A stretch of 64,000 nucleotides of DNA from Parcubacteria group bacterium. Its GTDB lineage: Bacteria; Patescibacteriota; Minisyncoccia; Phycocordibacterales; UBA2135. Under the pieces are notes generated by a model. The model was not told where the DNA came from, made no database searches, and worked only from the letters and a program-made list of their open reading frames with translations. The stretch is taken from contig JACPBB010000001.1 of assembly GCA_016180525.1 (NCBI GenBank), forward strand, positions 11,320 to 75,319. The letters run 5' to 3'. Shown here in pieces: positions 45,445 through 54,731 of the stretch. The translations under genes and the position numbers were made by a program. The stretch's first letter is position 1, and each line of letters begins with the position of its first letter.

Positions 45445-46269
45445 TTAGGAATTAGGTGAATTAGAAATTGTATTCTGTTCTATATGAATATCGCCAAATT
45501 GCGTATGCTGGCTTACCAAGACGCTGCCCCTTTTTACTAATTCAAGCACCGCGAGAAAACTGACAATAACATTTATTTTGTCCGCAACTTGAATCTGACT
45601 AAAATCTCCAAATCGCACCTTCATATCTCTCTTGACGCGCTCAAGAAGCGTCGCGATGGTTTCTTCAACGCTCACCATTTTTTTAACGAATGCCTGTGGG
45701 ATTATTTCTTTTGTGGGAAGATACGAGAGTATGTGTCGTATATATTCATGCATCGCGGCCAGTGTAATTTTTTTTGTCGGAGAAAAAACGGGAGGAGTGC
45801 GGCTAATAATGTGTGCGGGGATAAAAATGGGGGTTGTATTAAATTGCTCTTGTACGCGCACGCTTAATTCCTTTATTCTTTGGTACTCTTTAAGCCGCCG
45901 TTCCAAATCCCGTATATCTCCCTCTTCTTCCTCTGTAAGCGTGAGGTTCGGCAAGAGCGAGCGGGATTTTATGAGCACAAGTGTTGATGCTATAAGAATA
46001 AAGTGGGCCGCCTCTTTAAGCGGAAAAGATTCCAACCCTTCAATGTGCGCAAGGTAGTCATCAGTAATTTGGGCGAGCGAGATATCGTTAATATGAAGTT
46101 TCCGTTTTTCTATAAGCTGTAAAAGCAAATCAAGCGGCCCTTCAAACCCTCGCGTGGTCACGGTAAATTCTTTTTTTTCTTCTAACATTATTCTATTGTA
46201 TAGCATAAATCCCGTTCCCGAAAGAAAACATTTCAACGTTCTGGAACAAGATAACAAGCGAGACCCCAA
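45445..46269 (-). CDS. scpA: segregation and condensation protein A (kleisin)
   Basis: FEGPLDLLLQLIEKRKLHINDISLAQITDDYL matches the ScpA N-terminal signature. Confidence 0.7.
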   Translation of the reverse strand: MGSRLLSCSRTLKCFLSGTGFMLYNRIMLEEKKEFTVTTRGFEGPLDLLLQLIEKRKLHINDISLAQITDDYLAHIEGLESFPLKEAAHFILIASTLVLIKSRSLLPNLTLTEEEEGDIRDLERRLKEYQRIKELSVRVQEQFNTTPIFIPAHIISRTPPVFSPTKKITLAAMHEYIRHILSYLPTKEIIPQAFVKKMVSVEETIATLLERVKRDMKVRFGDFSQIQVADKINVIVSFLAVLELVKRGSVLVSQHTQFGDIHIEQNTISNSPNS

Positions 46270-46281
46270 GGACCCGCTTGT

Positions 46282-46500
46282 TCAAAATTTTCCACTCCGG
46301 ACTTTATCAAAACAAGAGTCACAGAGTTGCCCAGAGCCATCCACATAGTGACTCCCTATATGAACGTTTAATGTATCGTTTCGGCGAGGATCATATATAT
46401 GCAGACTGCAAGGAATTTTGGTACCCTTTCCGCAAAGAATACAAGTTTCTGTTTTTCTTTTCTTTTTAAAGTCGGAAAAATTAATAATGTTCGCGGACAT
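46282..46500 (-). CDS. small Cys-rich zinc-ribbon-like protein (72 aa)
   Basis: CxxC...C...CxxC arrangement (CILCGKG...CDSCFDK). Compact intergenic placement between scpA and aspS. Confidence 0.35.
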   Translation of the reverse strand: MSANIINFSDFKKKRKTETCILCGKGTKIPCSLHIYDPRRNDTLNVHIGSHYVDGSGQLCDSCFDKVRSGKF

Positions 46501-46571
46501 TATATTCTCTCCTAATAAAAGTCTTATTATAGTATACGATGAAGTAACCTAAACCTAAAACAGTGTGTGTA

Positions 46572-47903
46572 TTATTCCGACAAAAGTGTGTCTATGCGAT
46601 TTATCTCCCGCGGAAAGAGGGTTGCTTCTTTGACATTTTCCAAATTCAAAAGCCGGGCTGTAATACGCTCAAGCCCTGTTGAACAGCCACCGTGCGGAGG
46701 CATGCCGTATTTAAACGCCTGAAGGTAAAAGCTGAACGTATCAGGGTCAAGCCCCTTTTCGCGGATTCTTCGCACCAGTTCATCAAAATCATGCACCCGC
46801 TGGCTGCCGCTGTTTATTTCAAGTCCGCGAAATAGTAAATCAAAACTCTTTGAATACGCCTTATCTTTTTCATCAATGTATGTATAAAAAGGCCGCTTTG
46901 CTGTTGGAAAATGCGTTATAAACACAAAATCAGAGCCGTGTTTTTCTTTTGCCCACCTGCATATTTCTCGTTCTTCTTCTGGGTTGATGTCAGGTTCATT
47001 ATTACACTGCATTCCTCGCTCGTTTTCCAATATCTTCTGCGCTTCCCGCAACGTAAGGCGGGGAAATCGCTCCGGCATAAGCGGGGCGTCTGTTTTAAAG
47101 CGAGAAAAAATGGAGGCATGTTTTTCAGAAACAGAAGAAACAATGCTGCGGATTGTTTTTTCAAGAACATTCATCACGTCTTCGTGGTCTTTAATAAAAC
47201 CCATTTCAAAATCCATCTGCACCACTTCGCTTAAATGTCGGGTCGTTGCATGTTTCTCTGCTCTGAATATTTTTGCTGTCGTAAACACCCGTTCAAAAAC
47301 GCCCACCATCATTTGTTTGTAAAGCTGTGGGCTTGTCGCAAGAAATGCCTTTTTGTCATTAAAATAATCTACCTGAAACGCGGATGCTCCTCCCTCGGCA
47401 TCGCCTCCAACAATAACAGGGTTTTGATACTCAATAAACCCCTCTTCGGACATTGCGTTACGAAAAGCAGCAATTACGGAGGCCTGAAGAGTAAAGATGT
47501 CACGGGCCCTCTCTGTGCGAAGCGTAAGCGGCAAATGGTTTAAATATGTGTCTAAATTAAGTTCTGCGTTTTTTTCAAAAGGCAGTTCGTGAGCCTGGCT
47601 TAATACCACAACCTCTTTTGCCTCTAACTCAATATCCCCAGTATCAATATCGGGATTTATCATATTGTCAGGACGCTTTTTGACCGCGCCTCCTATCCGC
47701 ACTACCCATTCAGGGCGGCATTCTTTAAGCGCCTCATACGCCTTCTCTTGTTTGGGAGAAACAACGACCTGCACAATACCCGTCTTGTCCCGCAGATCAA
47801 TAAAAATGAGTTTTCCGTGGTCACGGCGAACATCAACCCATCCAGCAACAGTTGCCTCCTTCCCAACATAGTTTTTTAATTCATTTATATAAATTCGTTC
47901 CAT
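46572..47903 (-). CDS. aspS: aspartyl-tRNA synthetase, archaeal/short type (possibly non-discriminating; an AsnRS call cannot be excluded)
   Basis: N-terminal OB anticodon-binding domain (VAGWVDVRRDHGKLIFIDLRD). Class II motifs including FRGLEINSGSQR and GMPPHGGCSTGLERI. 443 aa. Confidence 0.7.
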   Translation of the reverse strand: MERIYINELKNYVGKEATVAGWVDVRRDHGKLIFIDLRDKTGIVQVVVSPKQEKAYEALKECRPEWVVRIGGAVKKRPDNMINPDIDTGDIELEAKEVVVLSQAHELPFEKNAELNLDTYLNHLPLTLRTERARDIFTLQASVIAAFRNAMSEEGFIEYQNPVIVGGDAEGGASAFQVDYFNDKKAFLATSPQLYKQMMVGVFERVFTTAKIFRAEKHATTRHLSEVVQMDFEMGFIKDHEDVMNVLEKTIRSIVSSVSEKHASIFSRFKTDAPLMPERFPRLTLREAQKILENERGMQCNNEPDINPEEEREICRWAKEKHGSDFVFITHFPTAKRPFYTYIDEKDKAYSKSFDLLFRGLEINSGSQRVHDFDELVRRIREKGLDPDTFSFYLQAFKYGMPPHGGCSTGLERITARLLNLENVKEATLFPREINRIDTLLSE

Positions 47904-47975
47904 AGCTATTGTATTTATAGTATCTCGTATTTGGTATCTGGTATTTAGTATGTTTAAAATTATACGAGATACTGT
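47904..47975. repeat. intergenic palindromic element, sequence variant (gtatctcgta / tacgagatac)
   Basis: agtatctcgtatttggtatctggtatttagtatg ... tacgagatact: inverted arms flanking short direct repeats. Between trpS and aspS. Confidence 0.4.
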
Positions 47976-48947
47976 TTAAAAAGTTATTCCAACTTTTTCC
48001 CTCACCTCTTTCATCTTTGCGCGAGCTCTTTTTTGAGCGCGCGCTCTTCCATTTTCAATAACATCAAAAATATTTTTGTTATCACGAGCTATTTTATTTC
48101 TTCTCTCGCGCAACGGACCAATAAATGATGTTATATTTTTAATAAGAATTTCTTTTGACTCTTTATACCCTATGGTGCCATTTTTATATCGCTCGGCAAG
48201 TTCCGCCAATTTCGTTTCGCTGAAAAGCCGATGAAGCGCAAATACCGTATCGGCCTCTACATCCTTTTTTTCTTTTTCTCCTTTTGAGTCGGTCACGATG
48301 CTCATAACGAGTTTTTTAATTTCTTCGTCCGTGGCAAACAAAGGAATCGTATTTTTGTAACTCTTGCTCATTTTTTGCCCGTCAATGCCGGGAACAGTGG
48401 CAACCTCGCGCATGATGTGCGCTTTTGGCAATTTAAACGTCTCTCCGTATCTATTATTAAATTTTTCCGCAATATCTCTTGCAATTTCAACATGTTGCTT
48501 TTGGTCCTGCCCCACCGGAACAACATCCGCGTCCATTATCAAAATATCCGCTGCCATAAGCGCAGGATAATCAAAAAGCCCCACGGTCGCCTCCAATCCT
48601 TTTTCCACCTTTTCTTTATACGCAACGGCACGAGAGAGATATGGAACAGTGATGAGCGTATTAAAAATCCACGCAAGTTCTGTTACTTCCGGAATGTCCG
48701 ACTGAGGAAATAAATTCTCAGGCGTAAGGCCGATTGCTAAATAATCAAGAATCACATTTCTAGTATTCTCGGCAAGAATATTTGCATCTGACACTGAAGT
48801 AAGCGCATGATAATTCGCAACAAAAATAAAACTCTCAAATTCATCTTGAAGTTCAACAAAACGCTTCATCGCGCCAAAATAATTGCCGATATGAAGCGTC
48901 CCCGACGGCTGTATGCCCGAAACTAATATTTTTTTACCTCCAGTCAT
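47976..48947 (-). CDS. trpS: tryptophanyl-tRNA synthetase
   Basis: VSGIQPSGTLHIGNYFG (HIGH region). KMSKS present. ~323 aa. Confidence 0.85.
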   Translation of the reverse strand: MTGGKKILVSGIQPSGTLHIGNYFGAMKRFVELQDEFESFIFVANYHALTSVSDANILAENTRNVILDYLAIGLTPENLFPQSDIPEVTELAWIFNTLITVPYLSRAVAYKEKVEKGLEATVGLFDYPALMAADILIMDADVVPVGQDQKQHVEIARDIAEKFNNRYGETFKLPKAHIMREVATVPGIDGQKMSKSYKNTIPLFATDEEIKKLVMSIVTDSKGEKEKKDVEADTVFALHRLFSETKLAELAERYKNGTIGYKESKEILIKNITSFIGPLRERRNKIARDNKNIFDVIENGRARAQKRARAKMKEVREKVGITF

Positions 48948-49109
48948 TTATCATATAATATCAAAAAAGCCGCTATCTGCATATATTTTAACGATACAAA
49001 GGCTTGACAATGAATGAGGGTATTATGCACATTCGCGATTCGTTGCATAAAAATTGTACCTATATTATACTCTCTCCTAGTTGTACTTTGGACATGGGAA
49101 CCCCCCAGC

Positions 49110-50141
49110 ATGGCACGATTCCTCTCTGCGATCCGCTCTGTTTCTTTCATTACCGCATTTGCGTTTGCTTTGTTTGGATTCCTTTCTGTAAGTGCACAGC
49201 AAAGCTTCGCTGCGACAGGAGAATCTGTGGCAGTTGAGCAAAAAAGTGAAACATCGTCTGCGACACCAGAAGCGAATTCACAAGAAACAATGGTGACAGT
49301 GCTGCGCACTCAAAGATATGTCATTTCAATCCCCGGAGATAGCCTCACAAAACTTTCGGGTCGTTTCGGCGTCAGCAGAAAGATGGTTTTGGATGCAAAT
49401 CCGCAGATTGCTTCCCGCACAGACCCAAAGCGACTCTATTGGCTCTACCTCGGAGAAGAAGTGGCCGTTCCTGTTTTTGTTACCGAACTTAGGAAATTGC
49501 ACGCAGTCGGCGCGGAAGAGTTGATAGCAGTTCCTGCACGAACCCTTATCGAACACAGCAGCACAAAAGGAAAACTTGAAGCCGCATCTGCCGCTCTTGC
49601 GTCAGCGGAGACCAAAAATACCGACCTCACAAACAAAAATATAGCGCTTGGTGCAACGGTTACTGAAATGAGAAAAGCTATGAGGGAGTTTGAGAGAACC
49701 GTTAAAATCCTTTGGACTGGGCTCGTTGCTACTCTTGCGTTGCTAGTAGTTGCATTAGTTGTAGCTATTATGAAGAAACCCGAGCTTCCACTCACCGGTA
49801 ATCGTAATGAGCCCACTCCACCCAAGGCCCCAGGCAAAGATGACTCCGCCTCACTTCAATCAGCAGAAGCCCCGCACCAGACCGGAGAGAAAGGCCAGCT
49901 GGCTGCGCCAGATGTAATGAAATACTTGCAAAGCCTTACAGGAGCAGAACTGAAACGTTTGGCAAATACGCCCCTTGCTGTTGATGAAGCCGGGAATCCA
50001 TCTCCAACCATTAAAAAAGTTTCGGATTTCATGGAAAATCGTCCCGATCTGGATTTAGAAAATCACCCGCTCTCCGAGTGGCCCGAGTTAATTGAGCGTA
50101 AGAAGCGCGAAAGCGCAGAAAAAACGCCAGCCGCGGCATAA
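49110..50141 (+). CDS. LysM-domain protein with internal TM helix and coiled-coil; elevated GC (~47-56%)
   Basis: Start set at MARFLSAIRS (signal-like). LysM-like YVISIPGDSLTKLSGRFGVSRKMVLDANP. TM helix ILWTGLVATLALLVVALVVAIM. Plus-strand gene inside a minus-strand run. Confidence 0.5.
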   Translation: MARFLSAIRSVSFITAFAFALFGFLSVSAQQSFAATGESVAVEQKSETSSATPEANSQETMVTVLRTQRYVISIPGDSLTKLSGRFGVSRKMVLDANPQIASRTDPKRLYWLYLGEEVAVPVFVTELRKLHAVGAEELIAVPARTLIEHSSTKGKLEAASAALASAETKNTDLTNKNIALGATVTEMRKAMREFERTVKILWTGLVATLALLVVALVVAIMKKPELPLTGNRNEPTPPKAPGKDDSASLQSAEAPHQTGEKGQLAAPDVMKYLQSLTGAELKRLANTPLAVDEAGNPSPTIKKVSDFMENRPDLDLENHPLSEWPELIERKKRESAEKTPAAA

Positions 50142-50291
50142 AGCTAACGTTTTCCAATTATAATATTCAGTCTTGATTAAACTAGCGAAAGTTCTGATGA
50201 CAACATCGGAATAGACAAAGGTTTAGCACAAGGCTGTAGCCGTTCCTTCAAAGGGGCGGCTTTTTAATTAAAATTTTGTCTGTCTGATTAG

Positions 50292-51371
50292 TTATATACC
50301 TTCTTTTTTAAGCTCTTCAAATAGTTTTTGTGCTTTTTTAGAAAGATTTTTGGGAAGCCGAATATTTATTTTTACAAGCAAATCACCTCTTTTGCCAGGA
50401 CCAGTAGGAATTCCTTTGTTTCTAATGCGCAATATCTCTCCAAAAGACGCGTTTGCGGGAACTTTAAACGTAATGGGCCCGTCAAGAGTCTCTAGCGCGT
50501 ATTCTGTGCCTAAAAGCGCGTCGGTGAGTTTTATATCAAGAGTTGTAACAATATTTTTTCCCTCCCGCTTAAAGATGGGGTGTTTACTGACGTGTACTCG
50601 AACATAGAGGTCTCCCGAGATGCCTCCAGAAATCGCCTCGCCCATTTGAGAAAGCCGTATCACCTCTCCGTCTTGCATGCCGGGAGGTATTTTAATTGCT
50701 ATTTCCTCTTGCTTTCTCACAACTCCCGCGCCGCGACAAACGGCACATACCTGTTTTGGCACCTCACCTTTCCCGCGGCAAACACTGCATTCTTTCACGT
50801 TAGTAAAAGTGCCAAAAAAAGAATTTCGTGTTTCTTGCACCCTTCCTTGCCCGTTGCAAGTGACACATTTTGTAAATGTCGTACCGGTTGCCGCACCGGT
50901 TCCAATACACGAATCGCACGGGGATGTCTTCGTAAGGAGTACTGAGCGGTCGGTCCCAAACACTCCATCTTTAAATGAAACTTCTAAATCAATTGAAATA
51001 TCACGTCCCCGCTTTGTCCGCTCTCGCCCACCGCCTCCTCCAAAAATATCTCCAAAAATATCTCCGATATCAAATTCCACCCCGCCAAATCCTTGACCAT
51101 TAAAACCACTAAAATCAAAACCGGCAAATCCCGGCCCACCCCCAAACCCGCTTCCCGCGAACGCCTGTCCATATGTGTCGTACTCCGCCCTCCTCTTTTC
51201 ATTAGAAAGAACCTGATACGCCTCATTTATTTCTTTGAATTTTTTTTCATCTCCGCCGGCCTTATTATCCGGATGATATTTGCGGGCAAGTTTATGAAAT
51301 GCTTTTTTAATTTCGTCTTTGGAAGCATTTTTCTCAACCCCTAACGTAGCGTAGTAGTTCTGATGTGGCAT
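50292..51371 (-). CDS. dnaJ: chaperone DnaJ
   Basis: J-domain with HPD (YHPDNKAG). G/F-rich linker. Four CxxCxGxG zinc-finger repeats. Confidence 0.9.
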   Translation of the reverse strand: MPHQNYYATLGVEKNASKDEIKKAFHKLARKYHPDNKAGGDEKKFKEINEAYQVLSNEKRRAEYDTYGQAFAGSGFGGGPGFAGFDFSGFNGQGFGGVEFDIGDIFGDIFGGGGGRERTKRGRDISIDLEVSFKDGVFGTDRSVLLTKTSPCDSCIGTGAATGTTFTKCVTCNGQGRVQETRNSFFGTFTNVKECSVCRGKGEVPKQVCAVCRGAGVVRKQEEIAIKIPPGMQDGEVIRLSQMGEAISGGISGDLYVRVHVSKHPIFKREGKNIVTTLDIKLTDALLGTEYALETLDGPITFKVPANASFGEILRIRNKGIPTGPGKRGDLLVKINIRLPKNLSKKAQKLFEELKKEGI

Positions 51372-51407
51372 ATATTAATTGTAAGACGCAAATTTAAAAT
51401 TTGCAAT

Positions 51408-53300
51408 TTACTTATCTTTTTTATTAGGGTCATCTCCCTCTTTGTAGTCCGTATCTTTTATAGTATCATCTTTTTTCTCCGATTGCGGAGGAGTCTGTGC
51501 CTGCTTTGAAAGTGTCTCACCGATTTTTTGCATTTCCGCTCCTAACGCTTCTGTCGCTGATTTAATTAGAACAGCATCTGTGCCACTGAGCACTTTTTTA
51601 AGAGCTTCAATTTTTTCCTCAACGCTCTTTTTAATATCCGCCGGCACCTTATCGCCAGCATCCTTCAGCGCCTTTTCTGCTATGTGCACGGTCGTCTCTC
51701 CTTGGTTTTTTATGTCTGCTACTTCTTTTTTCTTCTTGTCTTCCTCCGCATGCACTTCCGCGTCTTTTTTCATTTTTTCAATGTCTTCCTTTGAGAGCCC
51801 GGAGCTTGCTTCAATACGAATTGACTGTTCTTTTCCGGAAGATTTATCTTTTGCTTTCACGTTTAAAATACCATTTGCGTCAATATCAAATGAAACTTCA
51901 ATTTGCGGCAACCCACGAGGAGATGGCGGAATGCCATCTAAAATAAATCTGCCAAGCGTTTTATTGTCAGAAGCCATAGGACGCTCTCCTTGCACAACGT
52001 GGATTTCAACAGATGTTTGGTTATCTGCCGCCGTTGAAAAAATTTGCGTTTTTGCCGTTGGAATAGTCGTATTGCGTTCAATAAGTTTTGTCGCGACACT
52101 CCCCAGCGTCTCAATGCCGAGTGAAAGAGGGGTCACGTCAAGAAGGAGTACGTCTTTAACATCCCCTTGTAGAATCCCCGCCTGAATCGCGGCCCCTACC
52201 GCAACCACCTCATCCGGATTAATTGATTTGTTTGGCTCTTTGCCGAATAATTCTCGCACTTTATTTACCATAAGCGGCATTCGTGTTTGCCCACCAACAA
52301 GAATTACCTCATCAATATCTTCCATCTTAAAACCAGAGGCAACAACCGCCTTTTTGGTAATTTCAATAGCCCTCTCAATAAATGAAAGAGATAATTTTTC
52401 AACAGTTGCCCGCGTCAGTTTCATAAGCAAGTGCTTTGGTCCTGAAGCATCTGACGTGATAAACGGAATATTTATTTCAGTCTCCGTCACTTCGGAAAGT
52501 TCATGCTTTGCTTTTTCAGCCGCCTCTTTAAGGCGTTGGAACGCAAGCGGGTCTTTTGTAACATCAATGCCACTTTCTTTCTTAAATTCAGCGCCAATCC
52601 AACTAATAATTTCGCGGTCTATATCTTCTCCGCCCATGTGTGAATCTCCGTCAGTTGCCTTAACATCAACCACCTCCGCGCTAATATCAAGAACGGTTAC
52701 GTCAAATGTTCCACCACCAAAATCAAAAACTACGATTTGCTCGTCTTTCTTTTTATTAAAACCATAGGCAAGCGCTGCTGCTGTCGGTTCATTAATGATG
52801 CGCTTAACCGTAAAGCCGGCGATTTCCCCGGCATCTTTAGTAGCTTTCCTTTGAGAGTCGTCAAAATAGGCAGGAACGGTAATGACTGCTTCGGTGATTT
52901 TCTCTCCAATTTTTGCTTCCGCATCCCGTTTCATTTTCTGCAAAATCAGTGCGGAAATTTCTTCTGGGGAATGAAACTTATCGCCCATTTTAACGCGCGC
53001 CCCCCCATTGTCCGCTTTTTCTACAGCAAACGAAACGGCTTTTTTTTCTTTTTGAATAATGGGGTCATCAAACCGGTGTCCCATCAACCGCTTTATTCCA
53101 GAAATAGTGTTCTGAGGATTTGTGACCGCTTGTCGCTTGGCGAGCTGCCCCACAAGTCGTTCATTGTTTCGCGCGATAGCAACAACAGATGGAGTTGTTC
53201 GCCCGCCCTCGGCGTTTTCAATAATTTTTGGCTCCCCGCCCTCCACAATTGCCATCGCGGAGTTGGTTGTGCCGAGGTCAATGCCCAATATTTTACTCAT
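51408..53300 (-). CDS. dnaK: chaperone DnaK (Hsp70)
   Basis: [39 protein letters not shown]. 630 aa. Confidence 0.95.
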   Translation of the reverse strand: MSKILGIDLGTTNSAMAIVEGGEPKIIENAEGGRTTPSVVAIARNNERLVGQLAKRQAVTNPQNTISGIKRLMGHRFDDPIIQKEKKAVSFAVEKADNGGARVKMGDKFHSPEEISALILQKMKRDAEAKIGEKITEAVITVPAYFDDSQRKATKDAGEIAGFTVKRIINEPTAAALAYGFNKKKDEQIVVFDFGGGTFDVTVLDISAEVVDVKATDGDSHMGGEDIDREIISWIGAEFKKESGIDVTKDPLAFQRLKEAAEKAKHELSEVTETEINIPFITSDASGPKHLLMKLTRATVEKLSLSFIERAIEITKKAVVASGFKMEDIDEVILVGGQTRMPLMVNKVRELFGKEPNKSINPDEVVAVGAAIQAGILQGDVKDVLLLDVTPLSLGIETLGSVATKLIERNTTIPTAKTQIFSTAADNQTSVEIHVVQGERPMASDNKTLGRFILDGIPPSPRGLPQIEVSFDIDANGILNVKAKDKSSGKEQSIRIEASSGLSKEDIEKMKKDAEVHAEEDKKKKEVADIKNQGETTVHIAEKALKDAGDKVPADIKKSVEEKIEALKKVLSGTDAVLIKSATEALGAEMQKIGETLSKQAQTPPQSEKKDDTIKDTDYKEGDDPNKKDK

Positions 53301-53354
53301 AATATTATTAAATTAAGACTTGTAATCTGTAACTTGTAACCCACGATTTTATTT

Positions 53355-53381
53355 TTAGCACATGCACCGCGTGAGTTACAT
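53355..53381. promoter_or_regulatory. degenerate CIRCE-like inverted repeat between grpE and dnaK
   Basis: TTAGCACat-gcaccgcgt-gagttacat versus consensus TTAGCACTC-N9-GAGTGCTAA: 7/9 matches on the left arm, 5/9 on the right. Confidence 0.2.
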
Positions 53382-53404
53382 GTTTCATGCTACCAGTTTC
53401 ATGA

Positions 53405-53959
53405 TTACTCTTTATATTTTCCTACCTTGACTTGAGCAGTGCGAATCACCCTACCTTCTATAACATATCCTTTTTGTATAACTTGTATAACCATTCCTTC
53501 CATATTTTTGTTTTTTGTATCAACTGTTCCAATAGATGTGTGCACATGCGGGTCAAACATCATGTCTTTTGGCTCAATTGTCTCAAGTCCATAATTTTTA
53601 AGAACAGTGCATAACTGCGAGTGGATATATTCTACACCCTTACGCCAGTTTTCATCAACCCTCTCCCATGCCTCTTTATTATTAAATGCTAACTCAAAAC
53701 TATCTAAAACGGGCAAGAGCTGTTCTAGCATATCCTCTTTTACAAACCCCGCAAGTTCTTTGCGTTTTTTTTCTTCTTCTTTTTTGAGGTTAATACTATC
53801 GGCCTTCATTCTCTGCCATCCATCCAAATACTCTTTTCTCTCTTCCAAGCATTTTTGCAGTTTCTCTTTCAGTTTTTTTACCTTATTGACTTCTGTCCCC
53901 TCGTCGTCTGTTTCAACAATATCAATATCATCTTTTTTCTTTTGCTCGTTTTTTGACAT
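53405..53959 (-). CDS. grpE: nucleotide exchange factor GrpE
   Basis: Coiled-coil N-terminus and GrpE C-terminal beta-domain (YVIEGRVIRTAQVKVG). Position upstream of dnaK. Confidence 0.85.
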   Translation of the reverse strand: MSKNEQKKKDDIDIVETDDEGTEVNKVKKLKEKLQKCLEERKEYLDGWQRMKADSINLKKEEEKKRKELAGFVKEDMLEQLLPVLDSFELAFNNKEAWERVDENWRKGVEYIHSQLCTVLKNYGLETIEPKDMMFDPHVHTSIGTVDTKNKNMEGMVIQVIQKGYVIEGRVIRTAQVKVGKYKE

Positions 53960-53964
53960 GAAGG

Positions 53965-53993
53965 TACTATAATCAAGTATTTTACATATGTCA
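53965..53993 (-). promoter_or_regulatory. sigma70-like promoter for grpE (leaderless-type spacing)
   Basis: Minus strand: TTGACA - 17 nt - TATAGT - accttc - ATG. Confidence 0.35.
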
Positions 53994-54001
53994 AGAAAAG
54001 C

Positions 54002-54029
54002 TTGACAAAAAAATAATTTTTAGTATACT
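54002..54029 (+). promoter_or_regulatory. sigma70-like promoter for the 49-aa ORF
   Basis: TTGACA - 16 nt - TATACT, ~40 nt upstream of the ATG with the SD gaaggag. Confidence 0.35.
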
Positions 54030-54069
54030 TTACGAAGTAAATTTGTCCCTTTTGTTGAAGGAGAAAATT

Positions 54070-54219
54070 ATGCAGGGGGAACACGGCTGGCCACAAATTG
54101 GGCGCTCAAGCCCACCTGATGTTAACCTTCGACCAAAAACAGACTGGTCTTTAATCATGTTTTTCTGCTTCTTCGTAGGAGCTGGAATAGTTAGCATCTA
54201 TTCACTTTTCTTTCGATAA
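54070..54219 (+). CDS. small hydrophobic protein (49 aa), divergent from grpE
   Basis: Shine-Dalgarno gaaggag 6 nt upstream of ATG. sigma70-like promoter TTGACA-16-TATACT at 54002..54029. Single TM helix FFCFFVGAGIVSIYSLFF. Confidence 0.35.
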   Translation: MQGEHGWPQIGRSSPPDVNLRPKTDWSLIMFFCFFVGAGIVSIYSLFFR

Positions 54220-54292
54220 CAGAATTAAGTAGCCGTTTTTATTACTGAAAGAGTTATAAAATGGCGAGCATTGGATGCTCGCCATTTTTCTA

Positions 54293-54721
54293 TTATCGCT
54301 TAGACCACTGTGGAGCTTTACGAGCTTTCTTAAGCCCGAATTTACGGCGTTCTTTTGCCCGCGGGTCACGCTTGAGAAACCCGGCCTTTTTCAATCGATC
54401 ACGCCATTCTCCTTCAAATACAACAAGCGCCCGCGAAAGACCATGTCTCACAGCTTCCGCTTGAGACATTGCTCCGCCACCGCGCACCAGCACGGAAACA
54501 TTAAATTTGTTTGTTCCCTTAACCTTCGCGAGCGCTTCTCCTGCCGTAAGCTGAGTCCGTTTAATTTTAAAATAATCAGTAAAGGGTTTTTTATTCACAA
54601 CAATAGCCCCTTTTCCACTTTTGTTTTCTTCAATGCGAACTCGCGCGATAGAAGTTTTACGACGCCCCACCGCTTCAATATATCTTCCTTCGGGTATTTT
54701 TTTTATAACTGTTTCAGTCAT
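54293..54721 (-). CDS. rpsI: 30S ribosomal protein S9
   Basis: C-terminus RDPRAKERRKFGLKKARKAPQWSKR. GGG...QAEAV block. Confidence 0.9.
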   Translation of the reverse strand: MTETVIKKIPEGRYIEAVGRRKTSIARVRIEENKSGKGAIVVNKKPFTDYFKIKRTQLTAGEALAKVKGTNKFNVSVLVRGGGAMSQAEAVRHGLSRALVVFEGEWRDRLKKAGFLKRDPRAKERRKFGLKKARKAPQWSKR

Positions 54722-54731
54722 AGATAATGTT

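Noticed and set aside
51580-53339. Three plus-strand ORFs (201, 179 and 200 aa) overlapping dnaK.
   Set aside because: Entirely antisense to an unambiguous, highly conserved dnaK. Products are Ser/Phe-rich low-complexity.
53355-53381. Calling a functional HrcA/CIRCE operator.
   Set aside because: Only 12/18 arm positions match, and no hrcA is present in the window. Kept only as a low-confidence note.
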